Program-made: the position numbers and the translations under genes | Shown here: positions 18,963 through 29,763 of the stretch, piece by piece | How the letters are laid out: every line of letters starts with the position of its first letter | Numbering within the stretch: position 1 is the first letter of the stretch | Notes under the pieces: generated by a model | Databases searched by the model: none | What the model was told of the DNA's origin: nothing | Seen by the model: the letters and a program-made list of their open reading frames with translations, nothing else | Source: an uncultured Collinsella sp. | GTDB taxonomy: Bacteria; Actinomycetota; Coriobacteriia; Coriobacteriales; Coriobacteriaceae | Reading direction: 5' to 3' | DNA length: 64,000 nt | Assembly: GCA_900752215.1 (NCBI GenBank) | Contig: CAADUO010000042.1 | Span: forward strand, 486 to 64,485

Positions 18963-20129
18963 TTAGGCGGCGATGTACTTGCCGTCCTGAATCACATAGG
19001 CTGTGGCGGGCTTTTCGACCTGGCCCTCGTCATTCCACGTCAGCTCGCCTGTCAGGCCCTCGATCTTGATCTTGCGCATGGCCTTGGCAAGGTCGCCGGC
19101 GATGTCGGCACCATCGGCCGTAATATCGATGCCCGCCTTGTCGATGGCCTCGGCGATGGCGTGGACGCAATCGTAGGCGTCGGCGGCAAACTGGTTAGGC
19201 GTCTCGTCGTAGGCATCCTTATAGGCCTTGACGAAGTCGGCATTCTTCTCGTCGTCGGCAGAAAATGGGGTCATGAGCAGTACCCCCTCGGCAAGAGAGG
19301 TATCGAAACCTTCCACAGAGAGCAGGCCGTCCATGCCGTCAGTGCCCATGAGCGTCATGTCGTAGCCCATGTCCTTGGCGTTCTTGAGCAGGACGGACGC
19401 CGGCGTGTAATAGATCGGGGCAAAGATAAGCGTGGCGCCGGCCTCCTTGGCCTTGGTGAGCTGGTTGGTAAAGCTCGTGGAAGAGTCGTCCTTAAAGGTC
19501 TCGGTATCGACGATGTCGAGCTTGGACGCCTTGGCCTGCTCGGCAAAAGCGTCGGCAACGCCCGAGCTATACGTATCGCCGGAGTTGTAGAACAGGGCGA
19601 TCTTGGCATCCGCGTACTTCTCGGCCAAGAACTTTGCGGCGCTGGCGCCCATGGTGGGATCGGTGAAGCAAACCTGGAAAACCGTGGTCTTGTCCTTGGT
19701 GACGTCGAGAGACGAGGCCGAGGGCGTGACCATGAGCATATCGTCGGCGATCTCGCCCGAGACGGCGACGGCGGCACCGGTGGTAACGGGGCCGACGAGC
19801 GCCTGCATGCCCCAGTCGCACAAGGTATTGAAGGCGTTGATGGCCTTCTCGCCGTCAGCGACGTCATCCTCGGACTTAAGCGAGAGTTTGAGGTCCTTGG
19901 TCGAGAAATCCTTGGCGGCGAGCTTGGCACCCTTCTCGGCCGAAACGCCATAGGTTGCCGCGGCGCCGGTCAGAGGGCCGATGACACCGATCTTGAAGGT
20001 CTTGCCGTCATCGGCGGAGCCGCCGTCCGAGCCACCCGACGAGCAACCAGCGAGTGCCGCGGTGCTACCGAGCGCCGCAGCGCCAGCCAAGAAACTCCTG
20101 CGGTTAAGTACGTTGTTGATGCTAAACAT
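18963..20129 (-). CDS. LivJ/K-type ABC substrate-binding lipoprotein, copy 2
   Basis: NRRSFL twin-arginine motif and LAGC; close paralogue of 17504-18691; start MFSINN at 20129. Confidence 0.9.
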   Translation of the reverse strand: MFSINNVLNRRSFLAGAAALGSTAALAGCSSGGSDGGSADDGKTFKIGVIGPLTGAAATYGVSAEKGAKLAAKDFSTKDLKLSLKSEDDVADGEKAINAFNTLCDWGMQALVGPVTTGAAVAVSGEIADDMLMVTPSASSLDVTKDKTTVFQVCFTDPTMGASAAKFLAEKYADAKIALFYNSGDTYSSGVADAFAEQAKASKLDIVDTETFKDDSSTSFTNQLTKAKEAGATLIFAPIYYTPASVLLKNAKDMGYDMTLMGTDGMDGLLSVEGFDTSLAEGVLLMTPFSADDEKNADFVKAYKDAYDETPNQFAADAYDCVHAIAEAIDKAGIDITADGADIAGDLAKAMRKIKIEGLTGELTWNDEGQVEKPATAYVIQDGKYIAA

Positions 20130-20379
20130 GGTGTCCCCCTTTTCGCTGGCCGCGGTGCGGCCGTCTTGCGGTACAGGGCAAACCTTATGGTGCAAACGTT
20201 GACAGTTTGTTACGGAAGTTCGTTTGTAGCGAGCGTGTTTCCAATGTTTCCGCAGCGTTTCGGGGGTGGCGTTTTGTGCTGCTCCCGCTGCCAGGCAAGC
20301 ACGCGCCCGCACTTCACGCTAGAATGCACTCAACCTGTAATCGGTTAATCCATCCATAAGATGCACGAAGGAGCTATCT

Positions 20380-21723
20380 ATGAGCGAACCCCTGCGCACC
20401 GTGAACGTCGGCCTCATCGGTCTGGGAACCGTCGGCGGCGGCGTGGCCCGTCTGATCAAGAGCCACCACGATGAGTACCTGGCCGCCTACGGCATCGACC
20501 TTAAGCTGACCCGCGCCTGCGCGCTTGCCTGGGAGCAGGCCGAAGCCGCCGGTATTGAGCGCGAGGCCTTTACGAGCGACTGGCACGACGTCGTCACCGA
20601 CCCCGCCGTCGATATCGTCGTCGAGCTCATCGGCGGCGAGCACCCCGCGACCGAAATCTTCACCACCGCCTTCGAGAATGGCAAGCACGTCGTCTCTGCC
20701 AACAAGGCCCTGCTGGGCCGTCATGTCGAGACGCTCGCCGAGAAGGCGCGCGCGTGCGGCGTGCAGATTAAGTGCGAGGCCAGCTGCGGCGGCGGCATCC
20801 CCATCGTGAGCACGCTCGAGCACGACCTGGTGGGCAACAAGATCCTGACCATCGCTGGCATTCTCAACGGCACCACCAACTACATCCTGTCGCGCATGGA
20901 CGCCGAGGGCGCCGATTACGCTGACGTGCTCGCCGACGCCCAGGCAAAGGGCTATGCCGAGGCCGACCCGTCCGCCGACGTCGACGGCTTCGACGCCGCC
21001 AGCAAGACGGCAATCCTCGCTTCCATCGGCTTTGGCACCCGCGTGACCACCGACGATGTCTACCAGCAGGGTATCCGTACCATCGGCGCCGAAGACATTG
21101 CCCAGGCCCGCGAGCTCGGCTACACCATCAAGCTGCTGGGCATCGCACGCAACACCGACGCTGGCGTCGACGTCCGCGTGCATCCCACGCTGATCCCCGC
21201 CGACCACATGCTTGCCAAGGTCAACGGCGCCATGAACGCCGTCTACGTGGTAGGCGACGCCGTGGGCGAGACCATGTTCTACGGTGCCGGCGCAGGCTCC
21301 TTCCCCACCGCAAGCGCCGTCGTGGGCGACATCCTGTCGCTCTCCGAGCAGATCAGCCGCGGCGTGGCTCCGCTGCCCGAGATTGAACCCTATGGCCACA
21401 ACCTCGCCTTTAAGCCCATGGACGAGCTCCAGACCAAGTACTATGTGCGCCTGAAGGTCGCCGACCGCGTGGGCGCCCTGTCCGAGACGGTCGACATCTT
21501 TGCCAAGCACAACATCTCGATCTCGCTCATCAACCAGGTCGAGGACGGCAAGTCGGACGTCAGCGATGCCTGCTCGGTCATCTTCCTGACGCACCGCGCG
21601 CTCGAGAAGGACGTCCAGGCTGCCGCCGCCGAACTCGCTGGCGTCGACTGCGTGACCGAGGTCGCCAACGTCCTGCGCATCGAGGACGTTGAGGCTTGGA
21701 CCGAAGGCGTCATGGCCAACTAG
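20380..21723 (+). CDS. hom: Homoserine dehydrogenase with C-terminal ACT domain
   Basis: GLGTVGGG, VELIGG, HVVSANKA, GILNGTTNYIL, GYAEADP..DVDGFDAA.K, GAGAG..PTASAV. Confidence 0.95.
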   Translation: MSEPLRTVNVGLIGLGTVGGGVARLIKSHHDEYLAAYGIDLKLTRACALAWEQAEAAGIEREAFTSDWHDVVTDPAVDIVVELIGGEHPATEIFTTAFENGKHVVSANKALLGRHVETLAEKARACGVQIKCEASCGGGIPIVSTLEHDLVGNKILTIAGILNGTTNYILSRMDAEGADYADVLADAQAKGYAEADPSADVDGFDAASKTAILASIGFGTRVTTDDVYQQGIRTIGAEDIAQARELGYTIKLLGIARNTDAGVDVRVHPTLIPADHMLAKVNGAMNAVYVVGDAVGETMFYGAGAGSFPTASAVVGDILSLSEQISRGVAPLPEIEPYGHNLAFKPMDELQTKYYVRLKVADRVGALSETVDIFAKHNISISLINQVEDGKSDVSDACSVIFLTHRALEKDVQAAAAELAGVDCVTEVANVLRIEDVEAWTEGVMAN

Positions 21724-21754
21724 TTCGGTTCTCGCCATACGACATATATGTTTG

Positions 21755-21791
21755 AGGGGCTCCCGTCCGGTCTTGGACGGGAGCCCCTTTT
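21755..21791 (+). terminator. Rho-independent terminator after hom
   Basis: AGGGGCTCCCGTCC-loop-GGACGGGAGCCCCT-TTTT. Confidence 0.85.
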
Positions 21792-21947
21792 GCTTGCGCG
21801 CTCGGAGCGCATTGACGCGGCCAGCGTTTGAACAACTTGACCGTTCGGTGTCAACCAGGGATACCGCTCACCGATAAGCAGGCATGTTTGTTTTTGTCCG
21901 CCGCTATCCTGTGCTGCGTACGTCCACCCCCGAAGAATGGAGGCACC

Positions 21948-22697
<750 letters not shown>

Positions 22698-22739
22698 GGA
22701 GCCACAAGCTTTGGCTTCAAGCCTCAACATAGCTCAACC

Positions 22740-22785
22740 AAAAAGGCGCGCCGTCTGCATCAACTGCAGGCAGCGCGCCTTCTTC
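22740..22785. terminator. Bidirectional terminator-like hairpin
   Basis: AAAAAGGCGCGC.GTCTGCA / TGCAGGCAGCGCGCCTTCTT. Confidence 0.7.
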
Positions 22786-22795
22786 TGTTATGAAA

Positions 22796-23030
22796 GGGAA
22801 ACTATGTCCCAGTATTTCGGATCAGAACGGGGCACGGTTTTCCCCAGGACCTCCTTGCGGAAACTGCGTCCCGTTTTGAACGCCGATTCTGGGATACCGT
22901 TTCCGCAACGGGTCTCTCGCGGAAACTGCATCCCACTCTGAGCGCCCATTCCGGGACACAGTTTCCCAACGGCCCCCGTTTCGGAAACCACATCCCGTTC
23001 CGAGCCTTCAAAGCGGGACGCGGCTTCCCC
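22796..23030. repeat. Tandem array of four palindromic units with an exact 62-bp period
   Basis: GGAAAC-N4-TCCC at 22797, 22859, 22921 and 22983, each followed about 18 nt later by an inverted GGGR-N4-GYTTYC arm. Confidence 0.85.
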
Positions 23031-23043
23031 GAGAGAGTATCGA

Positions 23044-24606
23044 CTACTTGCCGTCGTCGTCCTCGGCTTCTTCTCTTGCATAGAGCTCCAGCATGCGGCG
23101 GCGGTATTCGCGCACGGCGAGCTTGGCGCGCTCCAGGCGGCGGCGCTCACGCGGAGTCAGCTCGGACGGGTCAACCTCATCACCATAGGTCTTATCGGCA
23201 AGCAGGCGCGCCGCGTCCACAATGCGGGCATCGATGTGGCCGCTCGCCGCCTCGGCGGAAAGACGCTCGGCAATCGTATCGAGCGTAGGCAGGCCCTCGA
23301 ATACGCGACCATGGCCATGCGAAGTCAGCAGCTCATGCTCGCGCGCGAGCAAGCTCGCTAGGTCGTGGTGGGCGCGCAGGATGTCGAGCGCATCGGATGG
23401 ATGCTCGGCAACCTCTGCCACGGCGGCGACCGGCGCAGCATCCACCACGCGGTAGAAGAGCTGCGCGAGCAGCGGCATCAAGAACACCGTGATGGCGCCG
23501 GCGGCGACCATAACCGACGCGATGTCTTGCGACAGCGCGCCCGCGTTGACGGCAACGCTCGTCACGGCAACGATGATCGGCAGCGCCGTGGTGCAGTACA
23601 GGGCCACGGTAATGCGGCCATACGCCGACACATCGCGCGTCGCAGGACAAATGCTCATAGAGACAAGGATCGGCACGGCACGAATAATCAGCAACGCCAC
23701 GATAAAGCCCACGAGCAGACCCGGGCGCGACGCCACGGCCGTCAGATCGATCTTTGCGCCCGATACGGTAAAGAACACCGGAATCAAAAAACCGTAGGCC
23801 AGGCCGTCGAGCTTGGTCTCGAGCGTATGGTTGCCCTCGGGGATGATGTAGCGCAAGACAAAGCCGGCGGCAAAAGAACCCAACACGATGTCGAGATCAA
23901 AGACGGCCGAGAACGCCACGAGTGTGACCAGGATGAGCACCGTCAGGCGCACGAAGGTCTGCGACGTGGTATCGGCACGTTCCTCGACAAACGCAAAGAA
24001 GCGGCTGCCGACGCGCTTGGAGCGGCTTGGGACCACGGCAAGCAACACGCAGACCACCGCAAACAGGCCAAGAATCACGAGCGTTTGGATGCCGGTACGG
24101 GCAGACAGCAGCACCGACATGGCAAGCACGGGGCCGAGCTCGCCCCAGGTGCCATACGCGAGAATCGAGTCGCCCACGCGCGTTCCGACAAGTGAACGCT
24201 CACGCATGATGGGCACGAGCGTGCCGAGCGCCGTAGAAGTGAGGGCAAGCGTCACGGCGATACCGTCGAAATGACTGACCGAGAACCACGGGGTAAAGCG
24301 CACGGCAAGCCAGGCGATACCAAACGTGACGACCCACGTCGCCAAGCCGTAGCGCCCCTCGACGCCCGTGATGCTCTTGGGGTCGATCTCAAAGCCGGCA
24401 AGCAGGAACAAAAAGGCCAGACCGAGCTCGGACACAAGCGAGACCTCGGCATCTACATGGATGACGCCGAGCATATGGGGTCCCAGCACCGCGCCGAGCA
24501 CGAGCAAAAAGACCGTCTCGGGAACGGGTTTTCCAGGAATCGCCGAGGCGATAAAAGGACTCGCAAAGGCCACGAGTGCGATGATGGCGAGCGAAACGAA
24601 TGCCAT
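23044..24606 (-). CDS. Cation:proton antiporter (CPA2 family)
   Basis: ELGLAFLFLLAGFEID, LTSTALG..VPI, LGSFAAG, FLIPVFF; 12 or more TM segments and a soluble C-tail. Confidence 0.85.
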   Translation of the reverse strand: MAFVSLAIIALVAFASPFIASAIPGKPVPETVFLLVLGAVLGPHMLGVIHVDAEVSLVSELGLAFLFLLAGFEIDPKSITGVEGRYGLATWVVTFGIAWLAVRFTPWFSVSHFDGIAVTLALTSTALGTLVPIMRERSLVGTRVGDSILAYGTWGELGPVLAMSVLLSARTGIQTLVILGLFAVVCVLLAVVPSRSKRVGSRFFAFVEERADTTSQTFVRLTVLILVTLVAFSAVFDLDIVLGSFAAGFVLRYIIPEGNHTLETKLDGLAYGFLIPVFFTVSGAKIDLTAVASRPGLLVGFIVALLIIRAVPILVSMSICPATRDVSAYGRITVALYCTTALPIIVAVTSVAVNAGALSQDIASVMVAAGAITVFLMPLLAQLFYRVVDAAPVAAVAEVAEHPSDALDILRAHHDLASLLAREHELLTSHGHGRVFEGLPTLDTIAERLSAEAASGHIDARIVDAARLLADKTYGDEVDPSELTPRERRRLERAKLAVREYRRRMLELYAREEAEDDDGK

Positions 24607-24790
24607 GTGATGCCTTTCTCTTGATTGCGCATCACTGTAGCACCCTCGCCGTCCTCAACGCGCCACGAGCTGTCGTATCATAGTGAGGTTTACAAACATG
24701 TGGCTCAAGGCGACCGCGAGGCTTGCCCCGCAAACCGACCGCTGCCGCATACCGTACCGTACGCCCAACCGATCAGGAAGGCAGGAACCA

Positions 24791-27700
24791 ATGGTCTCTC
24801 GTATCTACGTGGAGAAGAAACCCGGGTTCGACGTCGAGGCTCAGCAGCTCAAGGGCGAGCTGACCGAAATTCTCGGCATCAAGGGCATCGAGGCCCTGAG
24901 GATCATCAACCGCTACGACGTCGAGGGCATCGACGAGGAGCTTTTCCGCTCCTGCGTGCCGACCGTCTTTAGCGAGCCCCAGGTCGATGTGACCTACGAC
25001 GAGCTCCCCGCAAGCGATGGCGCCGTCTTTGCCGTCGAATTCCTGCCTGGCCAGTTTGACCAGCGCGCCGACTCCGCCAGCGAGTGCGTGCAGCTCATCA
25101 GCCAGGGCGAGCGCCCCGCCGTGCGCTCCGCCAAGGTCTATATGATCTCGGGCGCTCTGAACGAGGCCGCCATCGATGCCATCAAGCACTACGTGGTGAA
25201 CCCCGTCGAGGCGCGCATCGCCTCGCTCGACCTGCCCGAGACGCTGTACATGGAGACCCCCGAGCCCCAGCCCGTCGAGGTGCTCGACGGTTTCCGCGAG
25301 CTCGACGAAGCCGGCCTTGCCGCCTTTATTTACGAGCGCGGCCTTGCCATGGACGAGGCGGACATCGCCTTCTGCCAGCAGTACTTCCGCGATGAGGACC
25401 GCGACCCCACCATCACCGAGATCCGCGTGATCGACACCTATTGGTCCGACCACTGCCGCCACACCACCTTCGGCACCGTCCTGGACGACGTGACGATCGA
25501 CGACGCCGTGGTGCAGCAGGCCTTCGACCGCTACATGGAGATGCGCCACGAACTCGGTCGCGACGCCAAGCCCGTCTGTCTCATGGACATGGGCACCATC
25601 GGCGCCAAGTACCTTAAGAAGACCGGCGTCATGACCGATGTCGACGAGTCCGAGGAGATCAACGCCTGCACCGTCAAGGTGAAGGTCGATGTCGACGGCG
25701 AGGACCAGGACTGGCTGTTCCTGTTTAAGAACGAGACCCACAACCACCCGACCGAGATCGAGCCCTTCGGCGGTGCCGCCACCTGCGTGGGCGGCGCCAT
25801 CCGCGACCCGCTCTCGGGCCGCAGCTATGTGTATCAGGCCATGCGCGTCACCGGCGCCGGCGCCCCCCCCGTCCCGGTCTCCGAGACGCTCGAGGGCAAG
25901 CTGCCGCAGCGCAAGCTCGTGACCACTGCTGCCGCCGGCTACTCCAGCTACGGCAACCAGATCGGCCTTGCCACCGGTCAGGTCAACGAACTCTATCACC
26001 CCGGCTACGTCGCCAAGCGCATGGAGGTCGGCGCCGTCGTGGGCGCTACCCCGGCAAACCACGTTCGTCGCGAGTGCCCCGCCCCCACCGACAAGATCAT
26101 CCTACTGGGTGGCCGCACCGGCCGCGATGGCATCGGCGGTGCCACCGGCTCCTCCAAGACCCAGAACACCGAGTCCATCGAGACATCGGGCGCCGAGGTC
26201 CAGAAGGGCAACGCCCCTGTCGAGCGCAAGCTGCAGCGCCTGTTCCGCCGCGGCGACGCCTGCCGTCTGATCAAGCGCTGCAACGACTTTGGCGCCGGCG
26301 GCGTCTCGGTCGCCGTGGGCGAGCTTGCCGACGGCCTGTATGTCGACCTTGATACCGTGACCAAGAAGTACGACGGCCTGGACGGCACCGAGCTCGCTAT
26401 CTCTGAGTCCCAGGAGCGTATGGCCTGTGCCGTCGCCGACGGTGACGTCGAGGAGTTCATGGGCTACGCCGCTGAGGAGAACCTCGAGGCGACCGTTATC
26501 GCCGAGGTTACCGCCGAGCCGCGCATGCGCATGGCCTGGAACGGCGTCGCCATCGTCGACCTGTCCCGCGAGTTCCTCAACTCCAACGGCGCACCCAAGC
26601 ACCAGGTCGCCCACGTGTGCGCCCGTAGCGTGTGGCAGCCCAGCTGGGCCGGCACCACGCTCGCCGATCGCATGACCTCGCTTGTCACCGACCTCAACGT
26701 CGCTTCCAACAAGGGCCTTTCCGAGCGCTTCGACTCCACCATCGGCGCCGCGACCGTGCTCATGCCCTTTGGCGGCAAGACGCAGCTCACCCCCAGCTCG
26801 GCCATGGTCGCCAAGTTCCCCGTGGACGGCGAGACCACCACGGCGAGTGCCATGGCATGGGGCTTCAACCCCTATCTGATGGAGGCCGACCAGTTTGCGG
26901 GCGCCTACCTGTCCGTGGTCGAGTCCATCGCCAAGCTCGTGGCTGCCGGCTTTGAGCACAAGCGCGCCTACCTCTCCTTCCAGGAGTACTTCGAGCGTCT
27001 GCGCACCGAGGCAGAGCGCTGGGGCAAGCCCATGGCCGCCGTCCTGGGTGCCCTTATGGCCCAGGTCGACCTGGGTGCCGGCGCCATCGGTGGCAAGGAT
27101 TCCATGAGCGGCTCGTTTGAGGACGAGGCCGGCGAGCTCAACGTTCCGCCGACCCTGATCAGCTTCGCCGTCGCCGTGGGCAAGGCCGCCCGCGCCGTCT
27201 CGCCCGAGTTCAAGGGCCTCACGCACCGCGTCGTCCGCATCGCCCCCGCCACCTATGGCGAGGACTACCGTCCCGACGCCCAGCAGCTGCTCGCCGCGTT
27301 TGACGCTGTCGAGGCGCTCACTGCTACCGGCAACGCCCTGGCCATCTCCACGCCCGGCTACGGCTGCGGCGCCGAGAGCCTCTTTAAGATGTGCGTCGGT
27401 AACCAGATCGGTATCGAGCTTGCCGAGGATGTAGACGTGGAGAGCCTCTTCACCCCGCTCTACGGCAGCTTTATCGTCGAGCTCGCCGAGGATGCCGAGC
27501 TGCCCGAGGTCGCCGACGGCGTTGTCGTCGAGCCCCTGGGCACCACCGTCGAGGGCTATGTCATCGACACCGGCTCCGAAGTCATCGAGCTCGCCGAGCT
27601 CCAGGAGGCCTGGGAGAGCGGCATCGAGAGCGTCTTTGCCTACCGCAGCGCCGACGAGACCCCCGAGGTCGAGACCATCGACTTCCGCGCCAAGAACATC

Positions 27701-28537
27701 CACGTGTACGCCGGCGCCAAGATCGCCCGCCCGCGCGTGGTTATCCCCGTGTTCCCCGGCAACAACTGCGAGTACGACAGCGCCCGTGCCTTCCGTGCCG
27801 CCGGTGCTGAGGCCGACACCTTCGTGATCAACAACCTCACGCCCGAGGCCGTCGCCGAGAGCACCCACGAGCTTGCCCGCCGCATCCGTGCAAGCCAGAT
27901 CGTTATGATCCCCGGCGGCTTCTCGGGCGGCGACGAGCCCGACGGCTCTGCCAAGTTCATCACGGCGTTCTTCCGCGCTCCCGAGGTCACCGAGGCAGTC
28001 CGCGACCTGCTCAAGGCCCGCGATGGCCTAATGCTGGGCATCTGCAACGGCTTCCAGGCCCTGATCAAGCTCGGCCTGGTGCCCTACGGCGACATCGTCG
28101 ACGCCACGCCCGATGCGCCCACGTTGACGTTCAACACCATCGGTCGCCACCAGAGCCGTCTGGTGCGCACCCGCATCTCGTCCAACTTGTCCCCGTGGCT
28201 GTCGCAGTGCAGCCTGGACGACCCCTACACCGTCGCCATCAGCCACGGCGAGGGCCGCTTTGTCGCCAATGACGAAGTGCTCGCCCAGCTGATCGCCAAC
28301 GGCCAGGTCGCCACGCAGTACGTTGGCGAGGACGGCAAGCCCAGCATGGATCTCTCCGTCAACCCCAATGGCTCCGCACTCGCCATCGAGGGCATCACGA
28401 GCCCCGACGGCCGCGTCCTGGGCAAGATGGGCCATGCCGAGCGTCGCGGCGACAACCTGTACCGCAACGTGCCCGAGCATGTCCCCGGCGATAAGTTCAT
28501 GCCGATCTTTGAGAGCGGCGTGGCCTACTTCGCTTAA
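24791..28537 (+). CDS. purL: Phosphoribosylformylglycinamidine synthase (large type, glutaminase fused)
   Basis: WSDHCRH, KNETHNHPT, DFGAGG, SESQERM, GGKDSMS, PGGFSGGD, LGICNGFQ, SHGEG, GKMGHAER; ATG 24791. Confidence 0.96.
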   Translation: MVSRIYVEKKPGFDVEAQQLKGELTEILGIKGIEALRIINRYDVEGIDEELFRSCVPTVFSEPQVDVTYDELPASDGAVFAVEFLPGQFDQRADSASECVQLISQGERPAVRSAKVYMISGALNEAAIDAIKHYVVNPVEARIASLDLPETLYMETPEPQPVEVLDGFRELDEAGLAAFIYERGLAMDEADIAFCQQYFRDEDRDPTITEIRVIDTYWSDHCRHTTFGTVLDDVTIDDAVVQQAFDRYMEMRHELGRDAKPVCLMDMGTIGAKYLKKTGVMTDVDESEEINACTVKVKVDVDGEDQDWLFLFKNETHNHPTEIEPFGGAATCVGGAIRDPLSGRSYVYQAMRVTGAGAPPVPVSETLEGKLPQRKLVTTAAAGYSSYGNQIGLATGQVNELYHPGYVAKRMEVGAVVGATPANHVRRECPAPTDKIILLGGRTGRDGIGGATGSSKTQNTESIETSGAEVQKGNAPVERKLQRLFRRGDACRLIKRCNDFGAGGVSVAVGELADGLYVDLDTVTKKYDGLDGTELAISESQERMACAVADGDVEEFMGYAAEENLEATVIAEVTAEPRMRMAWNGVAIVDLSREFLNSNGAPKHQVAHVCARSVWQPSWAGTTLADRMTSLVTDLNVASNKGLSERFDSTIGAATVLMPFGGKTQLTPSSAMVAKFPVDGETTTASAMAWGFNPYLMEADQFAGAYLSVVESIAKLVAAGFEHKRAYLSFQEYFERLRTEAERWGKPMAAVLGALMAQVDLGAGAIGGKDSMSGSFEDEAGELNVPPTLISFAVAVGKAARAVSPEFKGLTHRVVRIAPATYGEDYRPDAQQLLAAFDAVEALTATGNALAISTPGYGCGAESLFKMCVGNQIGIELAEDVDVESLFTPLYGSFIVELAEDAELPEVADGVVVEPLGTTVEGYVIDTGSEVIELAELQEAWESGIESVFAYRSADETPEVETIDFRAKNIHVYAGAKIARPRVVIPVFPGNNCEYDSARAFRAAGAEADTFVINNLTPEAVAESTHELARRIRASQIVMIPGGFSGGDEPDGSAKFITAFFRAPEVTEAVRDLLKARDGLMLGICNGFQALIKLGLVPYGDIVDATPDAPTLTFNTIGRHQSRLVRTRISSNLSPWLSQCSLDDPYTVAISHGEGRFVANDEVLAQLIANGQVATQYVGEDGKPSMDLSVNPNGSALAIEGITSPDGRVLGKMGHAERRGDNLYRNVPEHVPGDKFMPIFESGVAYFA

Positions 28538-28574
28538 ACCTTTCCCATCGGGTACAATCCCTTCGGGTAACAAC

Positions 28575-28611
28575 ACCCGCCACCGACACATCCGGTGGCG
28601 GGTTCTTTTTT
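28575..28611 (+). terminator. Rho-independent terminator after purL
   Basis: ACCCGCCACCG-loop-CGGTGGCGGGT-TCTTTTTT. Confidence 0.85.
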
Positions 28612-28636
28612 GCTTCGCGCATGTAGGAAGGACATC

Positions 28637-29572
28637 ATGGAAAGCCGCAAGCCGTATCTCGCCACCCTGCCCGGACTCATCCTGGGCTGTCTTGTTTGCT
28701 GTGCACTCTGGGGATCGGCCTTTCCCTGCATCAAGATCGGCTACGCACTCTTTGGTATCCCAGCGCACGATAGCGCTTCGCAGCTGCTCTTTGCAGGTTT
28801 ACGCTTTACGCTTGCCGGCGCCCTGGTTATCGTTGGGATGAGCGCGGCCCAACGCCGCCCCCTCATACCGCAAGCGCGCGACATCAAACCCATCTTTGTC
28901 TTGTCGCTCTTCCAGACTATCGGGCAGTACTTCTTTTTCTATCTGGGCCTCTCACGCGCCAGCGCCATGTCGAGCTCCATCATCGAGGCCAGCGCCAACT
29001 TCCTCGCAATCCTCTTTGCCGCCCTGGCATTTCACACCGAGAAGCTCAGTACGGCCAAGGTGCTTGGCTGTGCGCTGGGCTTTGCCGGCGTCGCGCTCGT
29101 CAACCTTTCGGGCGCAGATGGCACCTTTGGCTTCAGGCTCGATGGCGAGGGCTTTATCCTAGCCTCCACTGTCGCGGGTGCTCTTTCGACCTGCCTGATC
29201 GGTATCTTCTCGCGCGAGCACGACGGCGTCTTGCTTGCCGGGTGGCAGTTCTTGGTCGGCGGCCTGGTCCTCACCGCCATCGGCTTTTTGATGGGTGGCG
29301 CGCTCTCCCCCACAGCGATTGTCCCCGCCATCGCGCTCATCATCTACATGGCGCTTATCTCCGCGGTCGCCTACTCGCTGTGGTCGCGCCTGCTTGCCGT
29401 CAACCCCGTCAGCCGCGTCTCTGTCTTTGGATTTATGAACCCCGTCTTTGGTGTGGTGCTGAGCGCGCTGCTGCTCGGCGAGGGCGCTGGCACGAGCCCC
29501 GTTACCGTCATCGTTGCCCTGCTGTTGGTCTGCGGCGGCATCATCATCGTCAACAAACCCAAAAAAGCCTAG
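28637..29572 (+). CDS. DMT/EamA family transporter
   Basis: LWGSAFP..K, RF..AG, 10 TM segments, F.FMNPVFGV.LS; start MESRK at 28637. Confidence 0.88.
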   Translation: MESRKPYLATLPGLILGCLVCCALWGSAFPCIKIGYALFGIPAHDSASQLLFAGLRFTLAGALVIVGMSAAQRRPLIPQARDIKPIFVLSLFQTIGQYFFFYLGLSRASAMSSSIIEASANFLAILFAALAFHTEKLSTAKVLGCALGFAGVALVNLSGADGTFGFRLDGEGFILASTVAGALSTCLIGIFSREHDGVLLAGWQFLVGGLVLTAIGFLMGGALSPTAIVPAIALIIYMALISAVAYSLWSRLLAVNPVSRVSVFGFMNPVFGVVLSALLLGEGAGTSPVTVIVALLLVCGGIIIVNKPKKA

Positions 29573-29719
29573 CGAGCTCACCTTTTTAGGGAGGGCATTC
29601 GCATACTTTAGCTTAATGGAGCACACTGGTTCTCGTTGATTTCGTACCGAGTCGCGGCGGCAGACGCCCGTCTTGCCGCACCGCGCCTGGGCATTATGGC
29701 CGGTGGCCCCCACAAACGC

Positions 29720-29763
29720 AAAAGGGGCGCACGACCATCGCAACGGTCGTGCGCCCCTTTTTT
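29720..29763. terminator. Bidirectional Rho-independent terminator
   Basis: AAAAGGGGCGCACGACC-loop-GGTCGTGCGCCCCTTTTTT. Confidence 0.85.

Noticed and set aside
21895..21910. TGTCCG near TATCCT upstream of the SDR as another copy of the damage motif
   Set aside because: Spacing is 4 nt rather than 10
22796..23030. CRISPR array interpretation of the 62-bp repeats
   Set aside because: The repeats are degenerate inverted pairs, the variable parts are only about 13-18 nt, and no cas genes or leader are visible; kept as a REP-like array
24610..24790. Purine or ZTP riboswitch upstream of purL
   Set aside because: I could not find the conserved aptamer motifs or an expression-platform terminator
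25863..25870. C8 tract in purL as a phase-variation site
   Set aside because: The frame is intact in a core biosynthetic gene; GAPP where GDPT-like residues are expected looks more like substitutions or base-call errors
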